Numbered from the whole stretch's first letter, positions 1-12,839 are shown. The stretch is DNA of 63,647 nucleotides, filler included, from Reticulomyxa filosa (GCA_000512085.1; 26 parts of 26 records of this genome joined end to end with filler, not necessarily neighbours in it); one strand, 5' to 3'. Notes: a model not told the origin generated them from the letters alone. Numbers and translations: made by a program.

Positions 1-647
1 AACTTCACTTACTCTTTTGTTTTGTTTTTCTTCTTTTGTTGCGTTATTCATCTTTCTTTCATTTAATTTACTTTTGTTTTATCGAACATTGGTTTCTTGA
101 GCAAAACCATTTTCGTATTACATTTAGTACAACCTCTTCCAGCTGACGCCCACATAATTAAAACAATTTGGCTCAACACAACATTTTGGATTCATCAAAT
201 CATTGTTATAAAAAGAATAATACTATTCCAAAAAACGCTTGATTTTTACTGAATAAAATCAACTCTCTCAAAAAGTCTGTTCCCCATATTTAATTTTGTT
301 TGTGATACTGTCGGTGAAAACAATTAATGAAACAACTGTGAATATCAAGCAAACAAAAAAAGTGCAAGTTCGTTTAAAATTAGGTATCCATTAATAAAAG
401 CATTTTAATGCCATTTGTAATAGTAGTTTTCTTTCAAAATTAAAATATTTGAAAGAATTTAAGTTTAAAAACGACTTGTTTGTACCAGGTTTGTGAACAC
501 CTCTGTTCGTCATTAAGGAGTAAGTGCGTCAAGGACCGAAAAAAGTTCACTTCAAAAAAAAATTCCCGAAAGGAATTCGAAAGAGAATAGAAGAGCAAAG
601 AGGGTACTTAGGCCATTACTTGAACAATAATCTAAAACTATCAGTGA

Positions 648-1340
648 ATGGAAATGATGCGAAGATCGTATGAAAACGTGACTGGGGATTTTTTATTCGG
701 TTCAGTGAGCAAAGAAGCGTCAGGACGATCGAGCGTGAACTACCGAGAAGCGAAAGAAGAAGAGGACGAAAAGGAAGACGAGAAGCAGAAAGCGATAATT
801 CGGGAGCATCGAATCCGTCAAGAGAAAGAAAAAAACATTTCAATAAAGCAAAAGAAGCAGAGCCAGAAAGACGACAAAAATGGAAAGCCAAAAAAGAGAA
901 AAAAAAGGAAAGCGTGATCCCAAGTCTGTGTGTTAGCCTATGTGCTACATGTTGTCCCTTTTTTTTTTTTTTTTTTTTTTTTGTTGTCCCTTTCAAATTT
1001 CTTTACTATACAAATGTATCCATACCATCATTACATACATTATATATGTATACATATACATATATATATATATATATATATATGTATATGTATGTATATA
1101 TAATATAAACAAATACTGTTGGCATAAAGAAAGTCGTTGGATTTTGTGGAAAATGACAAAGACTTGCTTGATTATTTTTCAACAAAGCCGCAAGAAACTT
1201 CTCTGGAAAAGATCAGAACCTCTCGAGAACAAGTCATCAACAAGACGGACTTGAGTCAGCCATCCAAACATGGTGCTGCCCTTTCTTCCGGCACCATCAA
1301 TACTTCGGCCACTCTTGCATCTGCTCAGCCTTCTTTTGGT
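648..1340 (+). CDS. Hypothetical charged protein, 5' part (at least 2 exons), truncated by contig end
   Basis: K/E-rich ORF 648-917, then a poly-T/TA-microsatellite intron-like stretch, then ORF 1137-1340. No recognisable domain. Confidence 0.45.
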
Positions 1341-1358
1341 TACATTTTTTTTTTTTTT

Positions 1359-1458
1359 NNNNNNNNNNNNNNNNNNNNNNNNNNNNNNNNNNNNNNNNNN
1401 NNTTAATTAATTAANNNNNNNNNNNNNNNNNNNNNNNNNNNNNNNNNNNNNNNNNNNN
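1359..1458. other. Artificial contig-joining spacer (44 N + TTAATTAATTAA + 44 N), first of 25 copies
   Basis: The identical 100-bp block recurs starting at 5768, 10181, 11300, 12740, 16619, 20047, 21399, 23852, 25451, 26938, 28186, 29523, 31248, 35736, 38433, 40590, 42580, 45032, 46334, 47903, 50044, 57814, 59439 and 60914. The 12-mer gives stops in all six frames. Confidence 0.98.
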
Positions 1459-1659
1459 TAATAATAATAATAATAATAATAAATATATACATATATATGT
1501 ATATATATGTATATATTTATTATTATTATTATTATTATTGTTATTAACATTAATGTAAATTGTTATCATTAAAAAAACAATGTTTGAAAAACAATTATTT
1601 TTTAACACAAACAAACAAAAAACAAAACAAAAACAGTCAAAAAAATGTTTGCACGATAG

Positions 1660-3866
1660 CATTGTTATCTTGTCGGGCCAATCACCACCATCGGTATTGC
1701 TGTCTGATGGCATGTAATATTTTGAACGGCGCCAGTCGTCCGTGCCAGACAATAAATGTGTTTTTACGAAGGAACGAACGAATCACATCATTGGCCTTAT
1801 CGTGCATTCACGACTCTGCTCACAACGTCCACTGTCGGCACAAAGAGGAATGCTCCAAGTACAAACTGGCGATTGGGACGAGTGAAGGGAGAATATTAAT
1901 CATCGGCCTGGAAAACAATTTGTCGTGGGATCGCTGTAAAAATTCATTCATGACCGATTATGCCCTCGCTTATCGAGAAGAGCCCACATTGGTGATTCAA
2001 GAAGACACGTTGCCCGAAGACACGCATCAACAACAAAGTCAGAGTAATAGTAATACTACTGTCACTACTACTAATAACAATAATGATAATAATGATAATA
2101 ATGATAATAATGATAATAATGATAATAGTCCTTACAAATCCAAAACTCAAAAGAAAAGACATCGCAGCAAAATTTCTATTGCATTAAATGGAGAAATTAT
2201 TGATCCCAAAGTCCTTTTCTCTACTTTTTTTTTTTTTTTTTTATCAAAAATTATTTGAATAAAAAAAATAAATAAAATACAGAAACTAAAGGAAGAACAG
2301 AGGAAGTCCTATCATCGCAAAAAGGGTAGCAAGTACTCGGTGCTGACACCGAGGGAACGCGCATTCCGTCAAATGGTGGACACATCGACGTTAACAATAA
2401 CACTGCCGAGTTTGAAGACTTATGTGTATGGACGATCTAACGCAATCGACGAAAGAGATATCAGTGATTTCTTCGAGTGGATGCAGCCCAATCAAGAACA
2501 AATTACATTCTCACAGTTCGTCAAGTTCATTGACGACGATGGCGATTTTATGAAAATATTTAAACAATTTGTCCAAGTTTGTTTCTCTCTGTGGTTTTTT
2601 TTTTTTTTCTTTCTCTCTCTTCTTGTCATCCTTCTTCTTCTTCTTTCATGACTGTGTGGTGGTTTAGAAAAGACTACACGACGAAGGGTCCAAAGATAGG
2701 GATCGCGAATGGCTGAAAGACAACTTTGAGGTATTTGACGACGAAAGTGGGGATGACGAGGACGCCAAGGAGGAGGACAACGAAGAAGAAGAAGAGGATG
2801 ACGATGACGACTATGAAGATGGAAATGTCGATGAACATCCCGACAAAAATGAAGATGGCAAACAGGATGCGACTGTTTTCAAATACCCTTATCATCGTAT
2901 TTGGAAAAATTTCTATTCGAAGAGCAAGGCCAGCCTTTTAGGCATCGATGGTACATTTCAAACTCAAACGTTGTCCAACTTAATATGCATATATACATAT
3001 ATGTATATATGTATATGCATACATATACGCATATATGAATACTATCTAAAATTATGTGAAATGACGAAACTCAGACGGATTTCACAAGGGCGACAAGTGC
3101 GCTTCCATCACTGCGTTGGCGTGGACAGAGGATAATCAATACATAATAAGTGGTGACAACCGCGGCGGTGTTAGGTTTGGAGCAAACAGTATTACGAGGA
3201 GTCGTTTCTTCAACAAAGAGACGAATTGGTACGCTTTCAGGAACGCAAGCGCTTGTTCAATATCAATGCTTGTGACTTTTACTATTTCTTGCGTGGCACT
3301 GCAGTTGAGCACGACAAGACTTGTGAGGTGACATCGCTTTCGATCAGCGGCACCTATTTGGTCAGTAGCTGCAAAGATGGGTCCATTTTGGTGTGGCACT
3401 TGGATTTCTTATTACCTTCGTACGATCGCATCCTTGGCCACAGTCAGACTTTACAACTATTAACGAAAATTAAATCAGCGCATTTGGGAGATGCCGTGCT
3501 CGACGTTGCGTTGTCTCGAGTTTCTCTTGATCCTAGTTTATGTGTCCCCAATGCTTTGTTTTTGTTAAGCAGCGGTGCCGATTCCTATGTTCGTTGCAGA
3601 GACGTCATGGGTTAGAGAGTTTTTTTTTTTCCTTTTGATCACATACGTACACACGCACGTCCTTGACGCTGTCAAAAAAAAAAAAAAAAAAAAAGAGTCG
3701 GACAAAGGCCTATTAACTTTTCTTGTTTGTTTGCTGGCGTATAGACGTGTTTCGAGATGAATTAACTCAACAAGTTGATGACAGAAAACAAACTACCAAA
3801 CCTTCCACTCCACTGATGGACGAAACCGGATCCGACAACTCCGATGTTGGAGATGTTACCTACTAA
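1660..3866 (+). CDS. WD40-repeat protein with an internal EF-hand-like segment (5' partial, multi-exon)
   Basis: WD40-like strands ITSLALS..KLAIGTSEGRILI, ITALAWTEDNQYIISGDNRGGVR, VTSLSISGTYLVSSCKDGSILVWHL and LLSSGADSYVR. EF-like segment DFFEWMQPNQEQITFSQFVKFI. GT-AG introns at about 2211-2282, 2578-2667, 2951-3075 and 3610-3744. One-base frameshift near 3175; TAA at 3864-3866. Confidence 0.7.
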
Positions 3867-4293
3867 CCAAATGCTATTCGTCACTGACCACATGTTAGAC
3901 AATCTCGTGTCGCGTTCGTCTTTTTGTCTGAACTTTCCCACGACATCTCGAAGTGTAACAATTTTTGAAAATGATAATGTAAAATACGTAAAACTTTACA
4001 CACTCTTGAATTGAGCTTTTGAGAGTCACATGTCACACCTTTTCTCTCGTGTTGTTGTCATAGTTTTGATCAGATACTTTCTAACGACTGAAGTTTTTGT
4101 GCATGGCTGATCATGGACATATATCAATGCTTTTTCGTAACGTGGGCTATTCTGTTGCATACTTTCTTTTTTGTATTTTGTGCAAAGGTTAAACTACTTT
4201 GAATATTTGGAATTGGCATTGAATAACAAGTAAATAAGAATTCATTACACCACGAAAGAAAGAAAAGGGGGGAGGACGAAAAAAAACGAGCCA

Positions 4294-5720
4294 ATGCCAT
4301 CACAGAGTTGGAACTTGATCATAATAATAACCCCAAACCTTGAAAATAATGAACAAGGTAAACCCAGTGATATTGTTTAAACTCTGAATTTTGTTTTTTT
4401 GTTTTTGTTTTTGTTTTTTTCATATGATTTTTGTCGTTTGTTGCGTTGAGAGAACCTTTGACGTTTTGATGATATTAAAAAGTCTGAGGTAGTGAAAGAG
4501 TTTTACCAAATCTTGGAAGATTTTGATGAGACATTGGACTATGAAGATTTTATGGAATTTTTAGATCAAATTCAAATAATCTCATTGATATCTTCACAAG
4601 CAGCGAAACAATACTTTCAATGTTTATCCGAGTTACAAATGACACATATCTAAGACCTCCAATGTATATGTACATGTACGTATATGTATATGAAAGTGCA
4701 GTCAATCAAAAATTATAATATATATATATATATGTATATATGCATATAAATATTCTAATGGAGAGAAAACAGGAACAGTTCAGACGTTGAGAAAGAGGTG
4801 TTGTTAGAGCATTTCGAGACGAGTTACGAAGCGTTTAAAAAGCGCGAAGAGGCCAAGCAAAGCGAGAAAGAGGAAGCAAAGACGAAGGGCAAGATAAAGG
4901 AGAAGATAGATTTTGTAAGATACGCGATGGAGCGAGTAGTAAAAAGCGCATCGTTATCCCCTTCATCGCCGTTGTATGATGAAAAAGAAGAAGAAGAAGA
5001 AGAAGAAGAAGAAGAAAAATCAATGGCAAAGATGACCATGATGATGATGATGATAGAGGAAGAAGAAAAAGCAAAGAATAAAGATAAAGACAAAGACAAA
5101 GACAAAGATCAAAAAAAAGAAAACAATGGAAGAAACAGAAAAGTAAAAAAAACAATAAAAAAGGAAAAGAAATAATCGACGAGCTAATGTTCTATCGCAA
5201 AGAAGATGAAAAGCCATTGCGACAGGAACTGTACGAAAAAATTTGCGAAGAGTTTATGGACTTGGACGAGTCGAATTCAGGACGATTGGACTTTCCAGAA
5301 TTTTGCGAGGGCATAAAAATGTTTTATAGCGAGTGCAGTCAGCAAGAATGCAAGTATGTATTTGACATGTTTGTGGAAATGCAACAAAAAGATGCGTCGA
5401 TGGAAGACAATGAGCTGTTTGCAATGCAACAAATGCTAAAGGAATTGAATTCGAATCATTCACCCACTTCACCATCTTTATCCGATACGCAATCGCAATC
5501 GCAATCGCAATCGCAGTCGCAGTTGCCAGATAACACTTGTGTGTTTGACTCCACTTTGGCTTTCCAGCAAGTGAAAAAAAGAACGTTGTCCTCCATCACA
5601 GAGTTGCGCTTGCATCCTTTTTTGCAGCGTATTCGCAAGTATGCTATTGACATGGATTCCATTGACCGAGTCATCAAATATATCTTTGACAAGATGTTGC
5701 CTGTTGCAAAGCAAACTCGA
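4294..5720 (+). CDS. EF-hand calcium-binding protein (3' partial)
   Basis: Canonical loop FMDLDESNSGRLDFPEF in ORF 5187-5735 and a degenerate EDFDETLDYEDFMEFL near 4515-4563. ORFs 4798-5175 and 5187-5735 join through a frameshift in an A-run. Start codon uncertain. Confidence 0.7.
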
Positions 5721-5727
5721 GTTTATT

Positions 5728-5767
<40 letters not shown>

Positions 5768-5918
5768 NNNNNNNNNNNNNNNNNNNNNNNNNNNNNNNNN
5801 NNNNNNNNNNNTTAATTAATTAANNNNNNNNNNNNNNNNNNNNNNNNNNNNNNNNNNNNNNNNNNNNATATGTATGTATACATATATATATATATATTTT
5901 TTTTTTTTTTTGCATAAC

Positions 5919-6255
5919 TTATTTGTATCCAAAGAAATAGATGTCAAATTGCTTAGATTTCCAATTTCCGGTGGTATTGTGCCAATAAAGTCATTTTGCT
6001 CGAGAAGCAAATACGCCAATCCAACAAGATTTCCAAGTTCTTTAGGTATTGTACCAGAAAACCTACAAACAAAAAAAGATCAAAATATTCAACTGTTCCA
6101 AGAGTTGGAGGGAAATGAAAAAAGCATACCGATTTCGTCCTAAATCAAAATACAGAAGGTTGATCAAATTTCCAATTTCTGGTGGGATTGTGCCACTTAT
6201 ATTACTAATATCAAACCAATAAAAGATATTATACATCAAACAAAAAATACTTTGC

Positions 6256-6286
<31 letters not shown>

Positions 6287-6975
6287 TGTATATATTTCAA
6301 CTTTGAATGCACTTGCAAATATTGTAAATTAGTCAATTTCACAATCTCTGATAGTATTGTCCCTGTCAATCTATTTATTAAAATAAGTAAGTTTTTCGTT
6401 TTTTTTTTTTTTTTTTTTATCTTAATTGGAGAGACAAAAAAACTGATTGCCATTCAATTCCAATGATCTCAATTTTGAAAGCTGGCTATTATTTTACCAA
6501 AAACAAACAAATTTCTTTCTTTTAAAAATATACTTTTTTTTTTCAAAAATACCAAATTTCGGGAGGGATAGAGCCTTTCAAAAAATTGTCTGTCAAAGCC
6601 AATTGTTGCAAATTGGTGAAATTTGCCACACAGGCAGGTATTGTTCCAAATAGGGATTGGCTATTTAGGATAATACCAATGACAGTAGATTGTCCATCTT
6701 TAGAATTACAAACCACTCCTTCAAATGAACATCCATCATTCGAGGAAATGTTCCAATCTAGTCCGTAAATTGCATCATAAAAACATAGTAGGGCATTCAT
6801 CTCAGATTCAGGCAAATCCGATGTTTGACTCACTATTGCGGTTTTATTTCAATTTGCTTACTACCAGTTTCAAACAAACAACAACAAAATAATGTAAGTT
6901 TTGAAGGAAACTGCAAAAATGAGTCCACCAAGTGCAAATGATGGTCAGCCAAAAGAAATTCAAAAGCCAAGACAT
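5919..6975 (-). CDS. Secreted or surface plant-type leucine-rich-repeat protein (3' partial)
   Basis: Signal-peptide-like exon MSWLLNFFWLTIICTWWTHFC; LRR N-cap SEMNALLCFYDA..WNISSNDGCSFEGVVC; 24-aa repeats LxGxIPPEIGNLxNLxxLxLxxN; five GT-AG introns plus a final donor site. Confidence 0.9.
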
Positions 6976-8778
6976 GTTTTATTACCGATTTAATTTAGTT
7001 TTTTTTAGAACATCTGCAGCAGCCTTTTTGTTGTTCGTCACTACGTTCACACACAACTTTGAAGCGTTAACAGGGTAGTAATAAAAAATTGAATTGAATT
7101 TTGTGTAATACCAGTAATATTGAAATTCAACTGTTTCTTTCCATTTTCGTAATTTATCTTTTCTAATTCAAAAGTTCAGGAAGATAAACTACGGGAAAAA
7201 AAGACAGAGTAATAAGTCTTTCCAAATTGTTTATTTGAAAAATATTTCCAAATTTTTCATTTTCTAAAGTTAACAAGATAAATCAAGGACGCTAAATTTG
7301 ATCCCTTTTGAAATACGTCAAAGTAAAAAAAAAAAGGGAACACTTTATTTCTGTTGTGTTTGTTTTCCTGTCATGAATAAGAAGTTACTATTTTTTTTGT
7401 ATAGAGGAAAGCCTCACATTTGCTTGGAATGTAGTAATTACTTGGTGTGAATAAGGAAACACCAAGTAAAAAAAAACACTCCTAGAGAACAAGGTTTAAT
7501 GCCTAAGAAGGATATCCCTTATTTTTCTTCACAATTGAACCTAACATTTTAATTTTTTCAAAATAGTGATTCCAAAAGGAATGATGTATTTTTTTTTAGG
7601 TTTCGCTTTTGCGGAGAAGCGAAAAAGTGGCCAAAAATTGCGTAGACATTGTAGAATACAAAATTGCTGTGTTTACTTAATCACTTTGGGTTTGTGTTGT
7701 TGTAAGCGTGAGATATTTCAAAGAACATGCAAATATTGCATAAAAGTTGTAAAACATATAGTTTTTCTAAATTGAACGGTTTTTCGTTTGAATTGATACG
7801 CTTTCAACTGACTTCAATTGTTGTTTAATTTGTTATTTATTTGCGTAAATCCTGTTCATGCATTGGGAGGGTTATGCATCGAGACTTTTTAAAAGTGGAC
7901 CCTAGAATCAATATGGTCTATCTTTCACGTCCTCTCTTTTGTTATTAGTATTTAATTTTAAAAAAGATTCGAATATAAATGAAAGACAAAAAATGAATAA
8001 CATTACAGGAATATAAATTACAAATAATTCAATTGAATTAGGAGAAAAGATATTTTATTCATTTTCTTAAAAATAATCATAATGTTTGTGCCCAGTTCAA
8101 TGTCGATATTGAACACAGATATACTGATTTAACAGTTTGAACAAGAAATAAGCGATTATTTGAATAAAAAATAATTTATTATTAGTTTGAACTATTTGGA
8201 AACACAGAATGAATCATTTCATTGTCAAGTTTTTTATCATACTTAATCTTTTCATGTACAGTATTGAAATAACAACACATGACAGGTTTGTTTGTGTGAA
8301 TAAGTTTTTTTAGTTCTCAAATTATTAAAACTTTTAACTGGTGCTGTTGTTACTTCTTGGATATATCATGGAAGTGGCACTCTTTGGCGAACCGACGAAA
8401 GTGAAGTAGAGCTATTAAAGATACGGAACAATACTTTTATTTAACAATTTTTTCATTCAGAATTGCAAATTTTATTATAAAAAAGAAAATTAGATAAATT
8501 ATTTTCATTGTATATTATGCGAATGAACAATTCTGTATCGTTATATTTTACTTTTGTCCTTATTTTTTTAATCAAATCTTTTGTTAACGTTTATTTATTA
8601 TGAGAAAATCAGTTATATACACATTCATAAATATTTATCAATAATTTGTTATTTGTTTGATTGTTAACCTTTTTTTATATATTTTGAAAATACTTAACAA
8701 AAATTGATAAATTCGTAATTATGAAATAAAAATCAAACTATAAGCATGATTAACAGATATTTAATTGTTCTTCAAAAT

Positions 8779-9976
8779 TTATTTCATTCTATTGTATTTC
8801 ATAATAATTTGATTAAAATCATCGATCCATCCTAATTTTATCTTAAAAGTTCGAGTCCAATATTGAATAATACATTTTATTTCATTTGTTGACTGTCCAT
8901 TATTTATTATTTATATTTGTGTTTTATCAAATAAATACATAAATCATTACCAACTGTGAAGAGCTCCATACGCGCAATTTAGTTTTTATGTGGGTCGATA
9001 CTACTGTCCTTTTATCTAGCCCTCCAATGATGTGTATATAATTGTCTTCTTCACTCAATATTGCAGTGCAATACTGCAATGGACTGAGTAAAGTGTTTTT
9101 AAATGTCATCCATTTGTTTTCTCGAATTGAATATTTATGCACTGACTTTGAGATAATTCGATCTGACCCAATCTTACAATTCCATCCACCAAAGAACAAA
9201 ATGACACCATTGATGCATACATATGCATAACGAAAGAATTGTTCAATATTATGACAAACAGTTAGTTGACGAAATTGAAAACTATTGCTATCTTCATCAT
9301 ATTCAATTGATAGTCCTGTCTTTTTACAAAACAGCAACATTTTGTAATTTTGTTTAATTTTTCCTTGATTTGTTTTAATCATTTCTTGACCTTGTCCATT
9401 TTCCGAGTTTGATACAAAACAATGATAATTAGTAAAATCAGTTGGTAAAATATCACGTTTAATAAATTGAAATATATTTAAATCAAATACACTAATATTC
9501 TTTGATTGATATGTGATAAATAACAAATGATTATTGCTTCCACTAACCACTGCACGCACTCCAACATAATCACCATAATTTCCTCCAATATCAATTTGAT
9601 TATTATGATTATCTGTGAAAGGAATCCATTGATTATAATTGTTTGAATTTTTTGATTTATCACTCCAAACACTTACATATTTCATCACCAATGTATGTTT
9701 ATATAATCCACCAAAAGACAATACAGTGATTTGATTGCTGTCTTTGTTGTTATTATTGCTGTTATCTACCAATTTCACTACACAGTGTCCTTTTAATTGA
9801 ACATCACTTGGATACTCACAGATAAACTTATATTCATTTTTGATTTTATGATAAGAATAACAAGCTCTTTGTTCATAACCTCCACAAATGAGGAGCTCAT
9901 GCTTGTATAGTACACATTGCACTTGATCAAGTGGAATGGGCAACTCCTTTAAAGTTTGAAAGATTTGGTTGCTCAT
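8779..9976 (-). CDS. Kelch-repeat beta-propeller protein with a separate C-terminal exon
   Basis: ORF 8927-9976 has Kelch GG motifs (LLICGGY, VLSFGG, ILFFGGW, IHIIGG). Intron 8893-8950; terminal exon 8779-8892 encodes STNEIKCIIQYWTRTFKIKLGWIDDFNQIIMKYNRMK*. Confidence 0.9.
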
Positions 9977-10387
9977 GTTGTTAATGTTGATGAACTATGA
10001 AATAGGGACTTACATGAAAAAAGTCATTCTTTTTTAAAAAAAAACATTGATTGTGTCACACAACGGCATGATTATAGTCGACAAGACTATTTTGAAAAGA
10101 GCAGAGCGATGTTTACAAAATAACAATTATGCATCAAGAATGTTATAGCGTATTAAAATATTTGTATTTTATAAAAATTTNNNNNNNNNNNNNNNNNNNN
10201 NNNNNNNNNNNNNNNNNNNNNNNNTTAATTAATTAANNNNNNNNNNNNNNNNNNNNNNNNNNNNNNNNNNNNNNNNNNNNATCAACAACAAAAAGTATGT
10301 GTATATATATATACATATAATTTATAATTTGAAAAGGAATTGTACAGACGTGAATATGTGCAAGGAAAAAAAAAAAAGACATAACAA

Positions 10388-11260
10388 CATCAGTGAAATA
10401 CCCTTTGGGAACAATTCCTCGTGTTTCAATGTCCATTTGCGAAGGCCTTCTACCTTTTCCCAGTTTCTTCGCAAGCGTGTCTTGCAATGACTTGCGCTTG
10501 GCGTCATAGTGCTGTTGGATGTTCGTCGGGTCGATGTCCAGCACGCCTGCCTTCATTATCCCGTTGGCAATGAGCGTGGCCAATTGCGGGCGATGTTGAA
10601 AGAACGCTGCCAGTTCACTTGCCATTGACAAACGTCGTTGGTGTGTTGACTTTCGATTTTGCATTTTATGCAAATATAAATACAAAAAAAAAAAAAAAAA
10701 ATTATATATGTATGTATATGATGTATGTACGTATAAAAATAAAAGTTAAGGTTAATTTGTATGAAAAAAAAAAAAAGTAGAATGTACAACAAACCAAAGC
10801 AGTTCCAAAATCTTTGGGGATCAAACCCCGCTCAGTGATTTCCTCCATCGAAGGTCGTCTTCGATGAAGTGCTTCCAACATGTGCTTTTGTTGCATCCGT
10901 TCTTGGCGCATCCTCTCCAGAAATGTGTTCGTTATGTCGATATCGGTGCTTATTTCCGGTTCAGTTTTCGCCTCCTCCTTCATTTTTATTTTATTTTAAA
11001 AAGAAGTGTATGACGATTGCAGTAACAAAAACTACAAAGTTAAAAAAAAATAAATAATAAAAACAAAACAAAACAATGATAGGTTGATATTTGACTAAGT
11101 CCCGAGTGGGCGTGGCTTCACTCATATGAAGTTGATAAGGACTAGGAGTGAGATCGAGTCTGATATTTGCCAATGAGGGTTGATCCGACCCGGTCTGGGA
11201 GACGGTTCCAAAGGCATTTGTAGCAACAACAGGATTATTGGATTGAGTCGACTTGGTTTC
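10388..11260 (-). CDS. RPEL-repeat (G-actin-binding) protein, partial
   Basis: Three RPxxxEL-type repeats (LHRRRPSMEEITERGLIP, FFQHRPQLATLIANGIM, LGKGRRPSQMDIETRGIVP) on exons separated by AT-rich introns. Confidence 0.75.
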
Positions 11261-11416
11261 CTAAGAGGAAGAAGAAGTAGGAGGAGGAGGAGGAGGAGGN
11301 NNNNNNNNNNNNNNNNNNNNNNNNNNNNNNNNNNNNNNNNNNNTTAATTAATTAANNNNNNNNNNNNNNNNNNNNNNNNNNNNNNNNNNNNNNNNNNNNT
11401 ATTTGTGTTCCGTTTG

Positions 11417-12192
11417 TTACTCAGCATATTGCTTGTCGTTTGCAAGTTCGAGTTCCAAGACAGTGTGACCAGGGCCCAATACAATGTCGTTAACATTATT
11501 TGCAACAGGATTGTTATTGTTATTGTTGTTGTTGTTGTTGGGTCTATCACCTCCTTCTTGCAATTCAACATCTTTCAAGTTTTTCTCCAAGTTATTTTCC
11601 AGTTTAGAAATGGGGTTGTTAGTAGCCACGACATCTTCAACTTTGAGATCATCAACTTCTGGTGTACGATCCAAGTGCCACGCCATGCAAATGCGTTTGC
11701 TTAATTCCTTTTTGGTGATCGACTCTTGGATCAAAGCCACGGCAGTGTTGGCATCGACTTTGGAAGAAAAGATGCTATACTTGACTTTGAAGCCATGTGC
11801 AGTTGCAATGGGGAAGTGCATTTCCACGGCCCTCGGATCAAGCGAAAGCACTTCGGCCAACACATCTCGGAACGCATATGTGCTGATTTGTAATCTCTGT
11901 TGATTCTCTTGGACCTCTTTCGACTTCACACTCATCGACAGTGTGCACGTGTTCACATATTCGCCGTTGCTGTCTTTGATCACCGCAAACAATCGTCTCG
12001 AGCTGTAGATGTCCAAAAATGCCGCAATCATCGACAGTAGTGATGACGCTATTGCCAGTCCAACGATTGGGTCCAATACAAAGCCACGATGCGCCAAGAA
12101 ATAGAATTGGATTGCAAGTTGAGGCAAGTTCTATTAATATATGTACAGATAAATATATACATATGTATATGTACATATATGTTTATATATAC

Positions 12193-12227
<35 letters not shown>

Positions 12228-12607
12228 GTATAATAAACCTCGGGAATAATAGAGGCAAAGAGCCTAGTTTGATTGTATTGCTTCAAATGTCTTTCACTCA
12301 ATCCCATGCAAAAAAAGTCCAAGCCAAAGACAAAGCTATTGGCCAATTCGACAGTGCCAAAGGCGCTGCCGGTGAGTGCAGTGAGAGCGTACAGCAAGCG
12401 CTGCCAAGTGATAAACCACTGGTACACTCGCTCGCGCACAGAGTAGTCTCTCGTCCACTTGTTCTGGTATCTCGACAAAGATATCAAGTTCGATACCCAT
12501 GGCACCACCAAAAATATCAATGACACGTAGAACAGCCAGCGCAAATGCGAGTAATTCAGCAAGTTCAAATCGAAGATTATATCCGCATAAAAGTCCCACG
12601 CATACAA
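11417..12607 (-). CDS. Multi-pass membrane protein, XK-related-like (5' partial)
   Basis: Several hydrophobic helices, WDFYADIIF, and a spliced ENLPQLAIQFYF..LAIASSLLSM resembling the XK-family ExxPQLxLQ motif. Intron about 12132-12239. Confidence 0.55.
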
Positions 12608-12839
12608 GCCTTTTTTTTTTTTTTGTTAGACTAATGGTTCAAACTGCGTTGTCAAACCCCCTTCCCCCTTCCCCCCTCTTCTAAATATGGTTCAGATACA
12701 GTTTTATTTTAATGAACACAATGTCTTTTTTTTTTTTTTNNNNNNNNNNNNNNNNNNNNNNNNNNNNNNNNNNNNNNNNNNNNTTAATTAATTAANNNNN
12801 NNNNNNNNNNNNNNNNNNNNNNNNNNNNNNNNNNNNNNN

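Noticed and set aside
3170-3180. Frameshifts in otherwise intact genes (also near 5150, 33900 and 52320) as programmed frameshifting or insertional RNA editing
   Set aside because: They fall in or beside homopolymer runs, as expected for assembly indels; raw reads would be needed to claim more.
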